Part shown: positions 1 to 14,915 of the stretch, piece by piece | Layout: each line of letters begins with the position of its first letter | How positions within the stretch are numbered: position 1 is the first letter of the stretch | Source of the DNA: Octopus sinensis | Lineage: Eukaryota | Assembly: GCF_006345805.1 (NCBI RefSeq) | Contig: NC_043012.1 | Span: forward strand, 51,088,001 to 51,152,000 | DNA: 64,000 nucleotides | Direction: 5' to 3' | The notes under the pieces: generated by a model | The model's input: only the letters and a program-made list of their open reading frames with translations | The model's database searches: none | Told to the model about the DNA's origin: nothing | Position numbers and translations under genes: made by a program

Positions 1-257
1 ACAAAAACGTCGCAGAATTGATCAGAATGAACGCTGTAGATCATACATTCTCCAACATCAGGAACGTATACCGCTGCCTTTGATGTCTAACCTAATCAAG
101 GGCTGGTCTTCTCAGACATCAGTGGTATCATCACTTCAAATAAGAAATGAAAATATGAATTATTCGGAAACAATAAAAAGCTGAAAGTGACGAGGTATTA
201 AGACAGAAATGTAAGAGGGGAAAAAAAGGAGCATAAAGTAGTGAAGGAAATTATATT

Positions 258-293
258 TAGTAAGACGGAGAAAAAGAAGAAGAAGGAGGAGAA

Positions 294-333
<40 letters not shown>

Positions 334-365
334 TGGAAGAAGAAGGAGAAGAAGAAGAAAACGGA

Positions 366-460
<95 letters not shown>

Positions 461-538
461 TAATAATAATAATGAAGAAGAAGAAGAAGAAGAAGAAGAG
501 AAGAAGAAGAGGAGCAACAACAACACGAACAAGAACAA
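258..538. repeat. Compound trinucleotide microsatellite (AAG)n-(AAT)n-(AAG)n-(AAC)n
   Basis: Read directly; pure (AAT)n at about 367-473. Explains the poly-K/N/L/Y ORFs at 198-617. Confidence 0.97.
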
Positions 539-3500
539 GAAGAGAGTGGGATAGGGAGATATAGAGAAGGCGGAGATTGAGAGAGAGAGAAAGAAATCGT
601 TTATGCACGCTTTTCATGCTAGAAATTGCTAGCGAATCTTTGCATGTCTGAAAATTGTGCAGAGGACAATGGGTAATCTATTTCAAACATAAAAAAATAT
701 ACAGAAGTATCACAGCTAGAAGATATTTAATCAGAAGCCATTAAAGATGACCTGTGCTGAATAACGGCAATAAAATGTAAGGGAAGAAAAAATTTGTGCA
801 ATGTCACTGAACTATGCCATACAATAAAACGTTAATCGAATGTTTATTTCATAAAAGCTAAGCTGAAGGTAAACAAAACTTGAATAAACCTTATCTTGAA
901 ATGAAGGGCCATCAATGATATCAGACGTAAATAGTCGTTACACTTGATCCTTGTTCCTGTATATTTATTGAAACAAATTAATTTTCTTCCTTCATCTGGT
1001 AACATAATGGTCGACTAAATATTTATATTCCAACAACATTTTAGAACATTCATTAGCTATTTGTAACTGCCTATGATATTTTGTTTCTCTGTGATTGGGT
1101 TGTACCAACGTAACTATTACAGTTAGCCGAGTCACAAAACATCGTTTCTCGGGAGTGAGAAACTGTTCGGAATAATAATGAAATACTGTTATGAGTGACC
1201 ATAGCGGATAAATCTAATTAGCGTATTTAACTCTGGTTAATTATTTCAGATAATTGCTAATAGACAATATTAAGATGCTATATATTTCTTGAGTATCGGA
1301 ATAGATTAGAAGAAGTAAACTACGAGCCATTAATTAAGCAAACGAATAAGATATTATGCTCCAATATACCAGACCGATAAGGTATCTCGGTTAAATATGA
1401 GTTATATTACAATGATGGTATCAGTTCAGTAATGTCGATTTGGATGTTAAATATAGATTTACTTGAGAGTTGCATTTGGATCTGATAATATAGAGAATGC
1501 GTCATGGTATTTCATTTTCAAATGAAAAACACTGTGTCGGCAAATGATATAACACATTTAATTTTAAAAAAAGTTATTTCAGTGAATGTTAGCAGCCTTT
1601 AATGAAAGGAATATTAAAGATATAACTAAAATTCGCTGAGAAAATCAATATTTGATAAAGCTTGTTATTATGTAAATTATTTCGGCAATCCGGATGAAAT
1701 CCCCAGAGACATTTCCATATTATCATGACCTCATCAACATATTATATAATCTAACGTAATTGTTGAATCTGTGGTGGCAGAAATAACTTAGTAAATGTAT
1801 AAAATTATACTCAGGCAAGTGTAGAAAAAAATTTTCAAAAAGTAATCTGGTGAGGACATTCACATTAATAATAAAATTTAAGATATTTGCAGGATGCATT
1901 TTAAGCTAACAAGAATTAATTGTATGATGAGCAAAAAAATAGTTTGAAGTGAAACGATATAAATGAAGGAAAGTGACTAATATTATAATATATATCTGGG
2001 AACGTACGGAAAACTCGGTGCATGTTATTCTACTCTGGGATGCATTAGGTTCGTGTCAAAGAAAATTGATAATTCACACAACACTTCTGTGATGACTAAT
2101 CGCATAACATAAAGGGATTCAGCTTTTCTCTGATAATATTGATCATTAAATCATTATAACGATATTGGTTAAAATACTCCTAGTCTCATTTAATTAATTT
2201 ATAAAATTAAAGGTTACCTAAATTAAAAATGTCAGACACATTTTAAAATTTATTCATTGAAGAATTCTAAAATATTCAATTCTGTTTTGAGTGTCATCCA
2301 TTCATAGCTGTCCTTTAGGAAATACTTTAAAATTCATTAAAAACTGTTAGTTTATAGTTGATAAATAAATTATACTCGTATTACAAATATTAATATGATC
2401 GTACACATCTCTTTACAAATTTATTGCCATCTTTCGTTCGCTGCGATGTTATGAATTTATGATTATAAGTCTGTTTTCATTTTAAGAGCAAGACCATAAA
2501 TATAATTAGTTTCATATGGAATTTAATCAGAAGAAAAAAACAAAATCAAACAAATAGACAAAACTAATAATAGCAGTTATTGCTATATGTCTAATGAAAT
2601 GTTTTAGAATTTCACTGAGAAACGATAAGAATAAAAATAAAAATAAACGTTTTTAACCGCAACAACTATTGAGTGCAGAATCATTTAATTAAAAATAATG
2701 AACAAAAAACCCACACTCTATCTATTACGTCTACTACCTGAATATCATGCGGGAAATGTTTTATAATTAAGTAATTTATGTAAACATGATTATAAGCAAT
2801 AATGAAATTATACATGCATCAGCCACTTACATTCTTATACAACCAAAAAAGCACACACAAATACACACGTGAACAAAGAAACACACAGAAATACACCCGC
2901 ACAGACAGGCAGACAGACACACATATGTGATTCTTTTCTATTTACTTATATGTTTAATTCCCTCTCTCTATATATATGTATATACATATAACATATACAC
3001 TTAGATATGATAGAAAATTGTTCATCAAATACTTCGCGGTATAATATTGCTGATATCGAAACTTCTTGAGTGTTAACCTACACAGCCAAACGACAAGCAT
3101 GTATGAGAATATATTTTTAGAAATGTCTGTGAAATATCTCCGTGTCTCAGATATATGCAGAAGGGTGACAAAGCTCCAGTTCGAAAGTGTTCTTTGAAAT
3201 GTAAGAAAGAAAAATATCAGCCTTAGCAATTTTAAAGAAATAAAACTTTTTACTTCCAGCGATGGGCTTGCGCTTTTACTCTGCAACGTGTCTATACGTA
3301 ACTACATCTGTGTTTTCATGCGCAGAACCATCAAAGGAAATAGACTCAGAGTATATAATTAGATGCCATATCTTAACAATGTTATTTATATATTTTTACT
3401 ACATTGCTTATCATCTAATTTATATATCTAATTTAATGTTTCATCTCCAACATAGCGATCATAATTTTTGTTTCTTTTTGTTCTAATTTAGCACCAGGTC

Positions 3501-4731
3501 AACTCTCGTTGATCTAATTCTCTGTTTAGTAGAACGTATAAGTTTTTTAACGTATGTTTGTGATACTATCTAATGTCGGCTTTTGATTTTAAAAATCAAT
3601 ACGACGATATGATGAGGAATTTGAGATGTTATATCTAGTAGTTGAAAAAATGCATAGAGACCCGTTATTGGGTCATTTTGTTTTGATAAAATATTGATAT
3701 ACAAACATTAACATTAGCTAATAAAGCCCCGGATAACACGCCAGAATTCTTTGCAGAATTCGTTCTAGACACCTTGCTCTGAGTTCAAATTCCAAGAAAA
3801 CAAAATTTGCGATCCATATCTCTCAGTGAATAAGTTAGGAAGCAATTAAGCCCCAGGTTCATTATTTTCCTTTCTCCTTTGCGTCCAAGGACCGTCAAAA
3901 CTAGCTTTGCATTGCAGCCCCAACAAATTTGTGGCCACCATTCTCTGAAATCGCCAAAAATAAAAAAATCAGAGACGCGAGCATGTAGTGATACACATAC
4001 ATAATACATACATACATCCATACATACATACATACACTAACGCGCGCGTGTGTCTGCGTGCTTGTGGGTTAAATGAAAAGTAATTTCCTCAAATATTTCT
4101 ATGCTGCATTCATTCAAATGGACTCCGCCATATTCACCCAAATGACATATACTCTGTCAGGGGGAAGTTTATTATTATAGACCGAGTCCTAAATTTTTGA
4201 GCTTGAGATCCTATTATTATTAACATATTATTTCTTGTTTGCTCTTTACATAATTTATGTGGCTTCGGGATCAGTATTTGTAATTGTCGTTTTTTTTATT
4301 TCTTTTCATGATAATATAATTTTGAAACTAATAGTGACAAATTAATATGTAGAAGTAACAAAACATAAAATATTTTACTCATTCATGAATTATTAGCTCT
4401 AAAAATATCCATCTAACACGTATGTATATATTTACATTGGATATTTGAATCATATATTGCTGTGAATTACAATTGTATGTGACAATGTGTCAAACATAGT
4501 AGCTAGTATAGAAAATAATACATCGTTACTGAGGCGAGTCAAAGTGTTTAGTCCTGAAAGTTATCATGCATATAAATGTCTATAATATAACTTCGGACCT
4601 GGTGAAGAATATTTGAAACACTAATAAATTTTGATATGTTGTTCACTGCTAATTTCAAGAGATACAACTTGAATTCAAAATTTTTTGAACATATATTTCA
4701 TTAATGGAGAAACATGTAACATACGCACAAA

Positions 4732-4766
<35 letters not shown>

Positions 4767-4786
4767 ATTATATATATATATATATA

Positions 4787-4908
4787 TACATGTGTATATT
4801 TAAAGGGCTAAAAAGTTTTTTTTTTTTGTAGTTTCATCGCAGGTGATCTACTTCTAGCATATGGCTAACCACATAGTGGTTTTTTAGCCCTTTAAATATA
4901 CACATGTA
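4787..4908. repeat. Short inverted repeat (about 28-bp arms, about 66-bp spacer) next to (AT)n
   Basis: tacatgtgtatatttaaagggctaaaaa versus its reverse complement ttttagccctttaaatatacacatgta. Confidence 0.9.
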
Positions 4909-5006
4909 TTAGAATTTTCTCGGGTTCTTCAGGCTTTTGTATGTTAGGCTACTGGTTTTAAATTGATATTAATTAAATTAATATTCAATTTATCTCCCTC
5001 ATTATT

Positions 5007-5068
<62 letters not shown>

Positions 5069-5069
5069 A

Positions 5070-5104
<35 letters not shown>

Positions 5105-5992
5105 ATGTGGGTATTTATGTATGTATGAATACATACATCTTGTGTGCGTATGTTCATTATTGATTTGAAAACTGAGTTGTCGATTCTGACGTATGGCATA
5201 TCAAAACATTCACTAAACTTTTGGCAATCAAATAAAGTATGATTTTGCACAACAAAAATAACCTCGAAAACGATGTCGGGTCACATAATGTTGAGGTCTT
5301 TAGCTAAGGGAGGCAACACTGCCCAAACAATCTTAGTTTTACAAGGAAATAAAACTTCGAAGAAATTTAGTTGATAATTTTTCAAGGTGATGTGTGTTTG
5401 TATTTTTATTACAGCCCAGTGTTGCCTCTGATGTAGCAGACGCATTGCATAGCTATTCTTTTTGTTCCTGAAATACTGTAAAACTCTGTCTTTTATTTGA
5501 TGATAGCGTGTGTTTTAAGAGAGATTTGCTTCTGCATGTAGTAGCGGAAGTTACCACGCACACATCTGTGTGTGTGTGTGTGCGTGTGTGTGTTTTGTTG
5601 TGGTGAAAGAAATACTATTTCTCAGAATATTTTGCATAATAAATATTTTAAGAAATCTGGACAAATTTCTTACTGCTACGTATTCAACTTCAAACTACAA
5701 TTGTTAATTGTTTGAAGTCGAATAGACTGACACAAACATATTGTATTATCGTATAGAGTGTGGAAGTTCAATGTAAAGTTTTGAGCTCATAAGTCTTTAA
5801 ATATATTTTACTGGGTTTAGTCCTCTTCAAAAATTTAATTGATCATAATGACCTCAGTTCGTATTTCAGTTTGCCATTTATTTTATAGATCTCTACTCGA
5901 GGAACTGCTAATTTTGAGATATAGCGGGACGCAATACTCGATATAATAACAAATGTAGACACACAGACACACAAACATTAGGTGAAAGAATG

Positions 5993-6075
5993 ATTGTGTG
6001 GCTGAGAAGTTTGCTTCCAACGACATGGTTCCATGTTCATTCCCTCTGCATGATTCCTTGTACAAGTGTAAATAT
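5993..6075 (+). mobile_element. Degenerate 5' head of tRNA-derived SINE family A
   Basis: gattgtgtggctgagaagtttgcttccaacgacatggttccatgttcattccctctgcatgattccttgtacaagtgt aligns by eye to the head of the 14916 copy. Confidence 0.6.
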
Positions 6076-6171
6076 ATACATCCATGAATGCTAAACACCT
6101 GGACAGGCACACACATATAGAAATACAAGACACATGCACACATGGATGGCGGAAGGAGAGTGAGTTTACTG

Positions 6172-6286
<115 letters not shown>

Positions 6287-6962
6287 CACTGCGTTGTATG
6301 TGGAAAATGTAAATTTGGTACGGTGACAATATCCTGAGATTTTCTCAGTGTGATTATTTACCAAGTTATCATTACCTCATAAAATGAACAAAGCTTCCTC
6401 AAGGCTCACTCCACAAACACATTCTTTATTGAACATTCTGTCTCTTTTTTTTTCTTCTTTTCATCTCCATATTAGGTCCGCTAGTGGTGTTGCGTGTCAC
6501 CAGCTTATCTTTCGGAATGAGGGGATATTGTTGCGATAACACACCTCAAATTGGTTTTCAGAGACTGCGTATATATGTTGTAGTGTTGTGATAGTGCATT
6601 TGTACATAATGTTGTTTTGCATGCATTGGTTCATGAGCGGGCATACAGATTGCTTGTGACAGCGGTATTTTTATTGTTTTACAAATAGCTGCACTATTAT
6701 TGTTTTTGTAGTTATTTGATGATATTTTGCTTTTGTACTTGTGATGTTCCGGTTGATTAGCAGGATGTGTTGTGTTCTTGATGTTATTGACTGTTTTGTG
6801 GACTCATTTTTGAGTTTTTTGTTTGGATCCTGTTATAACTGTCGCGGTTGCTATCCGTGTTTTCGTGATCCCTATTGTGATTATTTTTGTTATTGTTCCT
6901 ATACCCTGTGTTGTTTTGTTCTGTTTGTTCCTTATGTGTGGTCGTTATTTGCATTTATATTT

Positions 6963-6994
<32 letters not shown>

Positions 6995-7221
6995 TATTAT
7001 TATATTATTATTATTACATATATACACATATACATATACATATATAACAATATATAATATATATATACATGTATATATATACATATATATAAATATATGT
7101 ATATACATAGATATATACATATATACGCACACACACAGTTAAGATATGTAGAATAATTTTTAAAGATAATCTAGACGGAGTGTTTGTAACAAACCCAAAC
7201 GCGCAAGATCAATAACCTATA

Positions 7222-7431
7222 AATGGTTTCAAATTGTAGTACAAGGTCAGCAGTTTTGGTCGAGGGGACTAATTGATTATATCGATTACAGTGCGTTAAT
7301 GGTACTTAATTTATCAACTCTGGAAGGGTGATTGGTATACTGAACCCCGGTAGAACTTGAACGCAAAACGTAATGACGGGCGAAATGCCGCTAAGCATTT
7401 TGCCTGGTGTGCTAATTGTTCTGCCAGCTCG
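7222..7431 (-). mobile_element. SINE family B (Meta-domain-like), diverged
   Basis: Reverse complement reads gagctggcagaacaattagcacaccaggcaaaatgcttagcggcatttcgcc...gttcaagttctacc...taaattaagtaccattaacgcactg, homologous to the 33229 copy. Confidence 0.8.
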
Positions 7432-8372
7432 AAGCACAAAGGCACATAATCGGTTAACGATTTAGAAGTGTAAGTTTATGTTGATACTGCCATAATAACC
7501 GTCAAAAGGGCAGTCTCCATGCTTTGTCCGACTGGGATAAAAAGGAGCTGCAGTTACGCAGTAATAGTGTTGCCCGTAGTCATAGATGCAGTGCTGAATA
7601 ATTAGCTGCAGGTCGGCAGTATTGTTCATAGAGTTAAATGTTTACATTGCTATTTGTGGTTGTGGTATTATATGTCGTGGTAGTAGTTGAGACTAGAGTG
7701 CTTGCAGGAAGCAGCGCCTGTTGTGGCTGCAGTGGTAACGACATTGGTTGCGGCAACGGCGAAGCGCTGGGGTGACTGGTGGCCTATAAAAGCTTCTGTC
7801 CCAACTGTGAATGATACTCTATCTTTAGATTAGCTCCGCAACACTACAGGAATACTTGAATACGGAGAGTTTTCGTTGTCTCTGTCTATAGCCAATATGG
7901 AAGCGTTGATGATGTTCCTGCATTTAATTATGGGTTTCCAGAAGACAGAAGCGTTTGCTGTCAGGTATTTCTCCACTCGGCAGTGAAATGGCCAGATCGT
8001 ATTGGCAGTGATATATTTTCTGCAGAAATATTTCCGGTAGTTTAGCGCGCCAGAACAGAGGCTTTTGAAAAGTGACTCCAATTGTAAATGGTAGAACTGT
8101 ATACATATTCAATCTCATGCGGACGTCCCGTGTATAGTTCTGCGAATTATAGTTGCTAAGACAATCACACTGACGAGTTTGCGGATGATTACGTAAATGA
8201 ATACGTAATACATTCACAAGGATTAATCTATATTGTGTATATTTCCCTTTCTCTTGCTCGCTTACGTTCTGGAGTTTGCTAAATTTTTTTGAGAATGTTA
8301 TTTTCTTAGAGGTTAGGCCATAGCGGGTGTTCTCCTAGCACAATGGATGTCCCGTTACAGGTCATCCTTTTC

Positions 8373-8401
<29 letters not shown>

Positions 8402-8404
<3 letters not shown>

Positions 8405-8700
8405 CACTTGATCACGTGACCGACCAGACCATCAGATGTTTTACACATCGCTGGTCACAATGCGTTCGCATTGTTTTAGCTTTCGAATAACGCCACCCCG
8501 CTGGCTAGGCGAGCAGGCCAACAGAAGAAAGAGAGAAAGAGTAGTGAAAGAGTACAGTACGGATCACCACCCCCTCCCTGAGCATTGTGGAGCTTTTAGG
8601 TGTTTTCGCTCAATAAACACTCACAACGCCCGGTCTGGGAATCGAAACCGCGATCCTACGACCGCAAGTCCGCTGCCAATACCACTAGGCCATTGCGCCT

Positions 8701-8703
<3 letters not shown>
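8402..8703 (-). mobile_element. tRNA-derived SINE family C, near full length
   Basis: Minus strand starts ggaggcgcaatggcctagtggt (A box) ... ggtttcgattccc (B box); homologous to 20760-21067 (head), 54031-54266 and 57336-57436. Confidence 0.9.
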
Positions 8704-8757
<54 letters not shown>

Positions 8758-9376
8758 CAATTAAACAGAATTAGCGGTTGTAATAACTGTCTAAGGGATA
8801 ATAACTCTCCGTACGTACTATCGCTATCAGTTACCTGTGCTACCCCTAAGCATGGGTATAGAGGCAGACTATGCTGATAGGGTGCAGATAATAACAGAAT
8901 AAACAAAAGTTTATGAGGAATCAAATTTAAATAGTCAGACTATGGAGAAAACTTTTGATCCACAAACAAATTGACCAACGTCGGTTGATTATTTTTTAAT
9001 AAAGATCATGACATAACATTTATTACGGCCGTTTCCGCTTCCAATGTTAGTCGGTGTTTTCGGAAGAAATTTCGAAATTAATATCTGTCACAAGTTACAG
9101 AATGACAATGGATAAATTTGTATTTGATAAGTGCCAATACATGAAACTCTCAGCTTTTGATTTACTCTCGAACTTCTGCCGATGATATATATGCATATTA
9201 TACATACATGTGTAAAACAAATCTCATCACGCAAACCAATGAAAGAGCCTCTAACTAGTCGCTCGACTCGGCAAAAACAGCAGCCAATGTATCTACCTAT
9301 CCAGTATTTTATAAGGTAAAATCTTAACTCATTAATTGATGCATTATCATCTTATAACAGAAATGCCTGGAAAAAT

Positions 9377-9894
9377 CATGGATTCCAGTAAAAAATGCGA
9401 ACGTGAAAACTGATATTCCTAACATTATAAACCTGGAAAAGTACAGTACAAGGTATTACACCTGTAAAAGTATAGGACATACTATTACTTCAAGTAAAGT
9501 AAGGAATATGAATATTTTACTTAAAATAAAGTAGCTAAAATTAAAATTTGAATATTAAAAATTATTTTATTATGGTTTACAAATAACACTATACTTATTT
9601 AAGTAGAATTTGGCTAATTTACTACTTTAAATTACAGGAAAAGTGACTAATTAGACAAACTTACAAATTAGCTGGACGGTTTTGTACAATAAATTTATAG
9701 GATGAGAACTGTAAAGATTGATAAATTAGAACTGGCATTCTTTGCTGCAATATTTTAAGTAAAAAAATTATTATTCTTTATTTTACCTGACGTAATAGTT
9801 TGTCCTATACTTTTACAGGTGTAATAACTTGTCTTGTACTTTTCCAGGTTTATAATCTGAAGAATATTATTTTTCATTCCCGCATTTTTCCATG
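9377..9894. mobile_element. MITE-like fold-back element with long imperfect terminal inverted repeats
   Basis: About 9390-9530 (attataaacctggaaaagtacagtacaaggtattacacctgtaaaagtataggaca) is the reverse complement of about 9750-9890; the interior is non-coding and AT-rich; no TSD resolved. Confidence 0.75.
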
Positions 9895-9924
9895 TAATAT
9901 ATATATAACTATATATAGTTTAAA

Positions 9925-10025
9925 TTTTCAGAAAACAAAAGACGAAGACAGGTGAAGAAACAACAATCAGGTATGTGCATTAGGTTAACGAGAAGTGTGG
10001 AAAAGTCTTTCATGTTTCGAGACGC
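9925..10025 (-). mobile_element. Truncated Penelope-like terminal (pLTR) fragment
   Basis: aaacaaaagacgaagacaggtg...aaaagtctttcatgtttcgag matches the family at 16630 and 33657. Confidence 0.55.
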
Positions 10026-13000
10026 CGGTGAATTTTTTAAAAATTACATCACAGAAATGTAAAAATGTAAGTGTTGTAGCCGATTTCGAAGCGGATTCGA
10101 AATGCTTTCGAAGCAGTGCCAGGCGAAAGAAAAAAGTTAAACGAAGGTAGATACGATCTAAATTTGTTTCAGTGTATTATTCTCTATTTTCACCAAATTA
10201 TAGACATGCATGAATTATAACATTGTTCATTTAAAAGAATAACAATAAAATTTATATCTTACAGCACGAGACTTGAGAATCTAATTGTGACGTTTATTAC
10301 AATCATTTAGTTTATGTGACTTAGTTCAGAGAGTATAAATACTTCATTACTGCTGCCTATGTGAGTATTTCAGTACTCCAACAATAAAGGAATAATGTGC
10401 TTTACTTTGATAATTTCGAATCTCTTTAGAATAACAACTTTCATAAAAAGTCTGTTTCAGCTTACATAACAAAGTTCAGAAAAAATAGCGTATAGATCCA
10501 ATTACCGAGTATCTTACTAAACGTCATTCCTTCTCTGACTAATGCACAAAACTATTATGAAATTCTTTAAACTAATAACTTAAGCCTTAATTAATTTATT
10601 TGATATAAGTTTGTCGATTCACACCAACATCATTACTGTATTATCATAGAACTGAAATCATTAGTAATGGTATTTTTGCATCAATTTTCATTGTAAAATA
10701 TATTTAATATCTAAAATGTTTTCGAAAGCAGTTTTGTGAAACATATTTTCATGAAACATTATCCACAGGCTATACAAAATATAGATGTAAGTCATGACAG
10801 TTGCACTTAAACGTGCTCTTAGATAAGCATTCGTCAAATTAGAGTGCTACATGACATGTCATTTAAAGAACTGTTATCAAGTGGATCCATTAAATAAATT
10901 TCATTTTGATGTAGATATATTGAATCCATAAAGTCGTGGAGCAATGCAAACGTTTTAAACACCATTTCTCTTGAGTGACATGATATTATTTTTACATCGT
11001 TTTAAATATTTTTGTAGCTGTCAAACACAAAACTTTTAAACGCGAATGGTTATTCAGTTGTTTAAATATATTCATGGGAATAGATAAGGATTTTCCTGGC
11101 ACACAATCTTATACATATATCTCCTAGATGATTATTTTCAAGGCACATTTAAAACTGAAATATTGCGCCCTTCTGATTAAGTTTCTGCAAGGAATGAGTT
11201 ATCCATCTCTCCAAATGTTATCAGCTTTAGGATACATATCTTTTCAGATTGGTTGGTTTATAACTTTGAAGTGGAGCTATGTGGGGTAAACTCTCGTTTC
11301 TAAATCCTTCATATCGCTGGAAATATCAAATTGATTAACATTATTCCTTCGTAAATTACTGTCACAAAAGGAGATATTGAATTTGCACACTTATCGATTG
11401 ATCAAATGTATATCTCTTAACATTATAATAACTATTATTTTGCAAACACAATGAGCATAATCAATTTATTGGAGTGTTTCTACTTAAAATATCTATCAAT
11501 ATTACAACGATTGATTATTATTTTTTTTGTATTTCAACGAAAACTAGCTGACCTATATTCAAATTTTTTCTAGACATGATCATTTCGTCTGCCTTTCTAA
11601 AGCACATTGAATATAATATAGCAGTATACAGTGGGAGCAAATTTGATTAAGACAGAAGAGTGCGAGGGTTTGGCTGGATAACAACCTGCTATATTATGCA
11701 CTAAAAGCGAACACACCAAAGTGCCTACTCAAGTTGTACCTTAGTCCTTATGTTTATGAAGATTGTTAAAATGTTACGGTGAAGTTTCAGATATTGTGTA
11801 ACTTTGATATTGATTTCAGTTTAAATTGGTTCTGATATATATCTGAAAATATTTCTACTATACAAGTACATATTTCTGTGTGAATTATTATTAAAGAAGG
11901 ATCTTATGTAATATTGAATATTAATAAAGACAACTCGAGTTTTCTCTGTTAGTTATTTTATTTATATCTAGTTATATGTGAGACATTTCTTCTTTTTATG
12001 ATGCAACCGTGGAGTTTTATAAACTTGCTTGTAATCTTGCAACTAGAAGTTACGAGAAGAAATTGTTATGCATCCAGGTGAGAGAACGATATTTTTCATC
12101 TCTTCGCTGGAAGTCGATATGCAATATTTAGTTTGATTTTAAAGCAAGAATTTCATCAAAATTTGAAGTTATTCGAGGTATAATTGGTTGTTGTTTCTCA
12201 CTAGTATATTGCAAGAGGTCGTTTGTAAGCTCAATTGTTTGTTAAAAGAAAGGAGAAATATACATAGAAAGAAATTTCAATTGGACCTCAAAATATAAAA
12301 ATAATAAAATATATAAAATAAGTAAACATGTCTTTAAAACTAAAAGCATCCTTGTCAATAAAAGAAATTTGTTTGAGTAAAATGGTAAGGGTTTTAATAG
12401 AAAGCTTTGTAAATATCAGTTCCAGTGTAGCATTCATAAAGTTAAAATCAGGTCCAGCTTAGAATGTGGATATTTTGACAAGGAGAACAATGTGATCTCT
12501 TGTAATAGAATTTTAATTCACATTTTAGCATTGTAGACTCATTAATCAGGTATAATAATAGCCTTGTTATTATCTTATTATTATCTTATCAAAGAATATA
12601 ATATTTGAACAAATTCCACTAGTCCAACCATTCATATAGGAACACATTGAGAAAATATATGTGTATTTGAAGAACGAATATTTAATGGAAATGTATTTAT
12701 TTAAATCAGTTTTCGAATAAAAGTTTAAGCTCATATATATATATATGTGTGTGTGTGTGTATGTGTGCGTGCATGTGTGTGCGCGCGTGTGTGTGTGTGT
12801 TTGTGTGTCTGTCTATCTGTTTGTGTATGTGCGTTTGTGTATGTGTGTGTATGTGTGTGTATTTGTGTGTGCGGGAGTGGATGTGGCCACTGAATGTAAA
12901 ATACGTTACGAAGATGAATAGAAAATTCGAAAATACAACATATTGATACACATTTTTTCTTTTCTCATATTTTCAGTTACTATTATTACGATGATTTGTT

Positions 13001-14184
13001 TTCGGCTTTTGTTTAATACTTTTACTGCTTTTAATAGGTTCTGTTTTATTTTCATTGTCTTTTTTTTTATAAATGAAAATGAAAGATAGAAATTAATTTG
13101 ATAACGAAGGAAGACATTTCGAGTTTAGCTCTCTCAATAATTTTCTTTCTTCAATTTAGATGTTATTTTCTAAGATCTTAACGATAAATTGCTGTTAATA
13201 AAGTCGAAACGAGTTTGAATTATGCTGCAATAAAATGCTATCAAAGATTTATCTTTCTATTAAATCACAGAATCGTCTTTGTGAATGGCAATCATCAGTT
13301 GACTTAGATAAAGAATTGGAAAACGAAAAAAAATAAGGCTACGAAAAGTTGATTTATTGGTGGTTTGGAACAAAACGAAATATAATAATGAATATAAAAA
13401 CAAGCGAAAATAAGCGAACAAAACATTTTGACATAAAATTTTATTTGATGCAAAAAGGACAAAGCTATAGTGCAGAATATTGTGTTTTATTACACTTTGC
13501 AGATCTGTATCATTAATCGTAAGAGATTGTTTTGACATACAGTTTGAGAATGAGGATAACAATTTTAATTGATTCAATGACTTCATTGTTGTATATGCGT
13601 ACTATATGATCCTTTTATCTGCTCTGTTTGCATCATTGCTTAATAGCAAATTCTGTTACTGTTTGCAGCCCGCAGTTACTATTTAGCACTTTGGTAAATT
13701 TGTAAGATATTCAATCAACAGAACTGATCATTGGGTCTGGAATGTTATCTAAAGATCAATAATCGAGAATTATATTGCACATTTTTATTTCCATTGAAAT
13801 GGAATGTGCATTTCTCGTTTTCATGTTAACTCTGTTCCATGTTTAATGTGCTCCATGTTCAAAGTTTTAATGTTGTGGTTATTGCTTTCAAACAAAGAAA
13901 TAATTCCTTTTTTACGAATGAATATGTTGCAATAAATATATATAATTCGAATGTTTAGAGCAGGCCTAAATATATATTTCAAATGTGCAGAACAGGCCTG
14001 CCATTCAGCTAACCGGTTTCAATCGCTGCATGGAAATATATATTAAAGTTTTCACTGTGGCTGAAGAAACGCATTTAAAAAAGGAAGGCAACATACAATT
14101 CCCTTATTTCTTCACATAAGTTATTTGGTATTTTGTACCTGATCAAGACATCACTGTATGTCAAATATGTTAATTATATATCTA

Positions 14185-14428
<244 letters not shown>

Positions 14429-14915
14429 TGTGTAGAATATAGATATTGCATTTAAATTCATTTTACATACTCTATAATACATTTATTGACTTGGATACAA
14501 ACATATGTCGTCCCACAGATATATTCTTCAGAGAATTTATTTGCATATAAAAGAGATGAATATAATACGCATTGGAAAAGATAATCAACGTTGATGTTAC
14601 ACGTCTTTACGGTCGATTCAATTATTAAAGCAGAAAACTCTCTTATAAAAATATATCAGTGCCAAGGTTCTCATAACGTAAACATTATCTTAAATAAACT
14701 ATTTTTTCTTTCTATCATTCAGTAGCTTATAAGTCTACATTGCGTGCAATTCACGAATAAGAAGCAACTGATTTTCGAGTCGTTCCAAGATCTAATCAGT
14801 CGCGTTTTCACAGTATACCAATGAGGTGAATTAAGACAGAACCATGCAACAAAACAATTATATTCAGTATCCCTGTAATCCATAGTCAATAACTTTCAAA
14901 TCAAAATTTTGCATT

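Noticed and set aside
198-617. Poly-K/N/L/Y ORFs, and the many YIYI/HTHT/CVCV/YLSI ORFs throughout the track
   Set aside because: They are translations of microsatellites, which lack stops in some frames; no domain content.
11975-12078. Possible signal-peptide exon MMQPWSFINLLVILQLEVTRRNCYAS ending at AG|gtgaga
   Set aside because: Short, no recognisable homology, no linked downstream exon; expected by chance in AT-rich DNA.
13606-13686. Hydrophobic mini-ORF MILLSALFASLLNSKFCYCLQPAVTI*
   Set aside because: It stops after 26 codons with no convincing splice donor before the stop.
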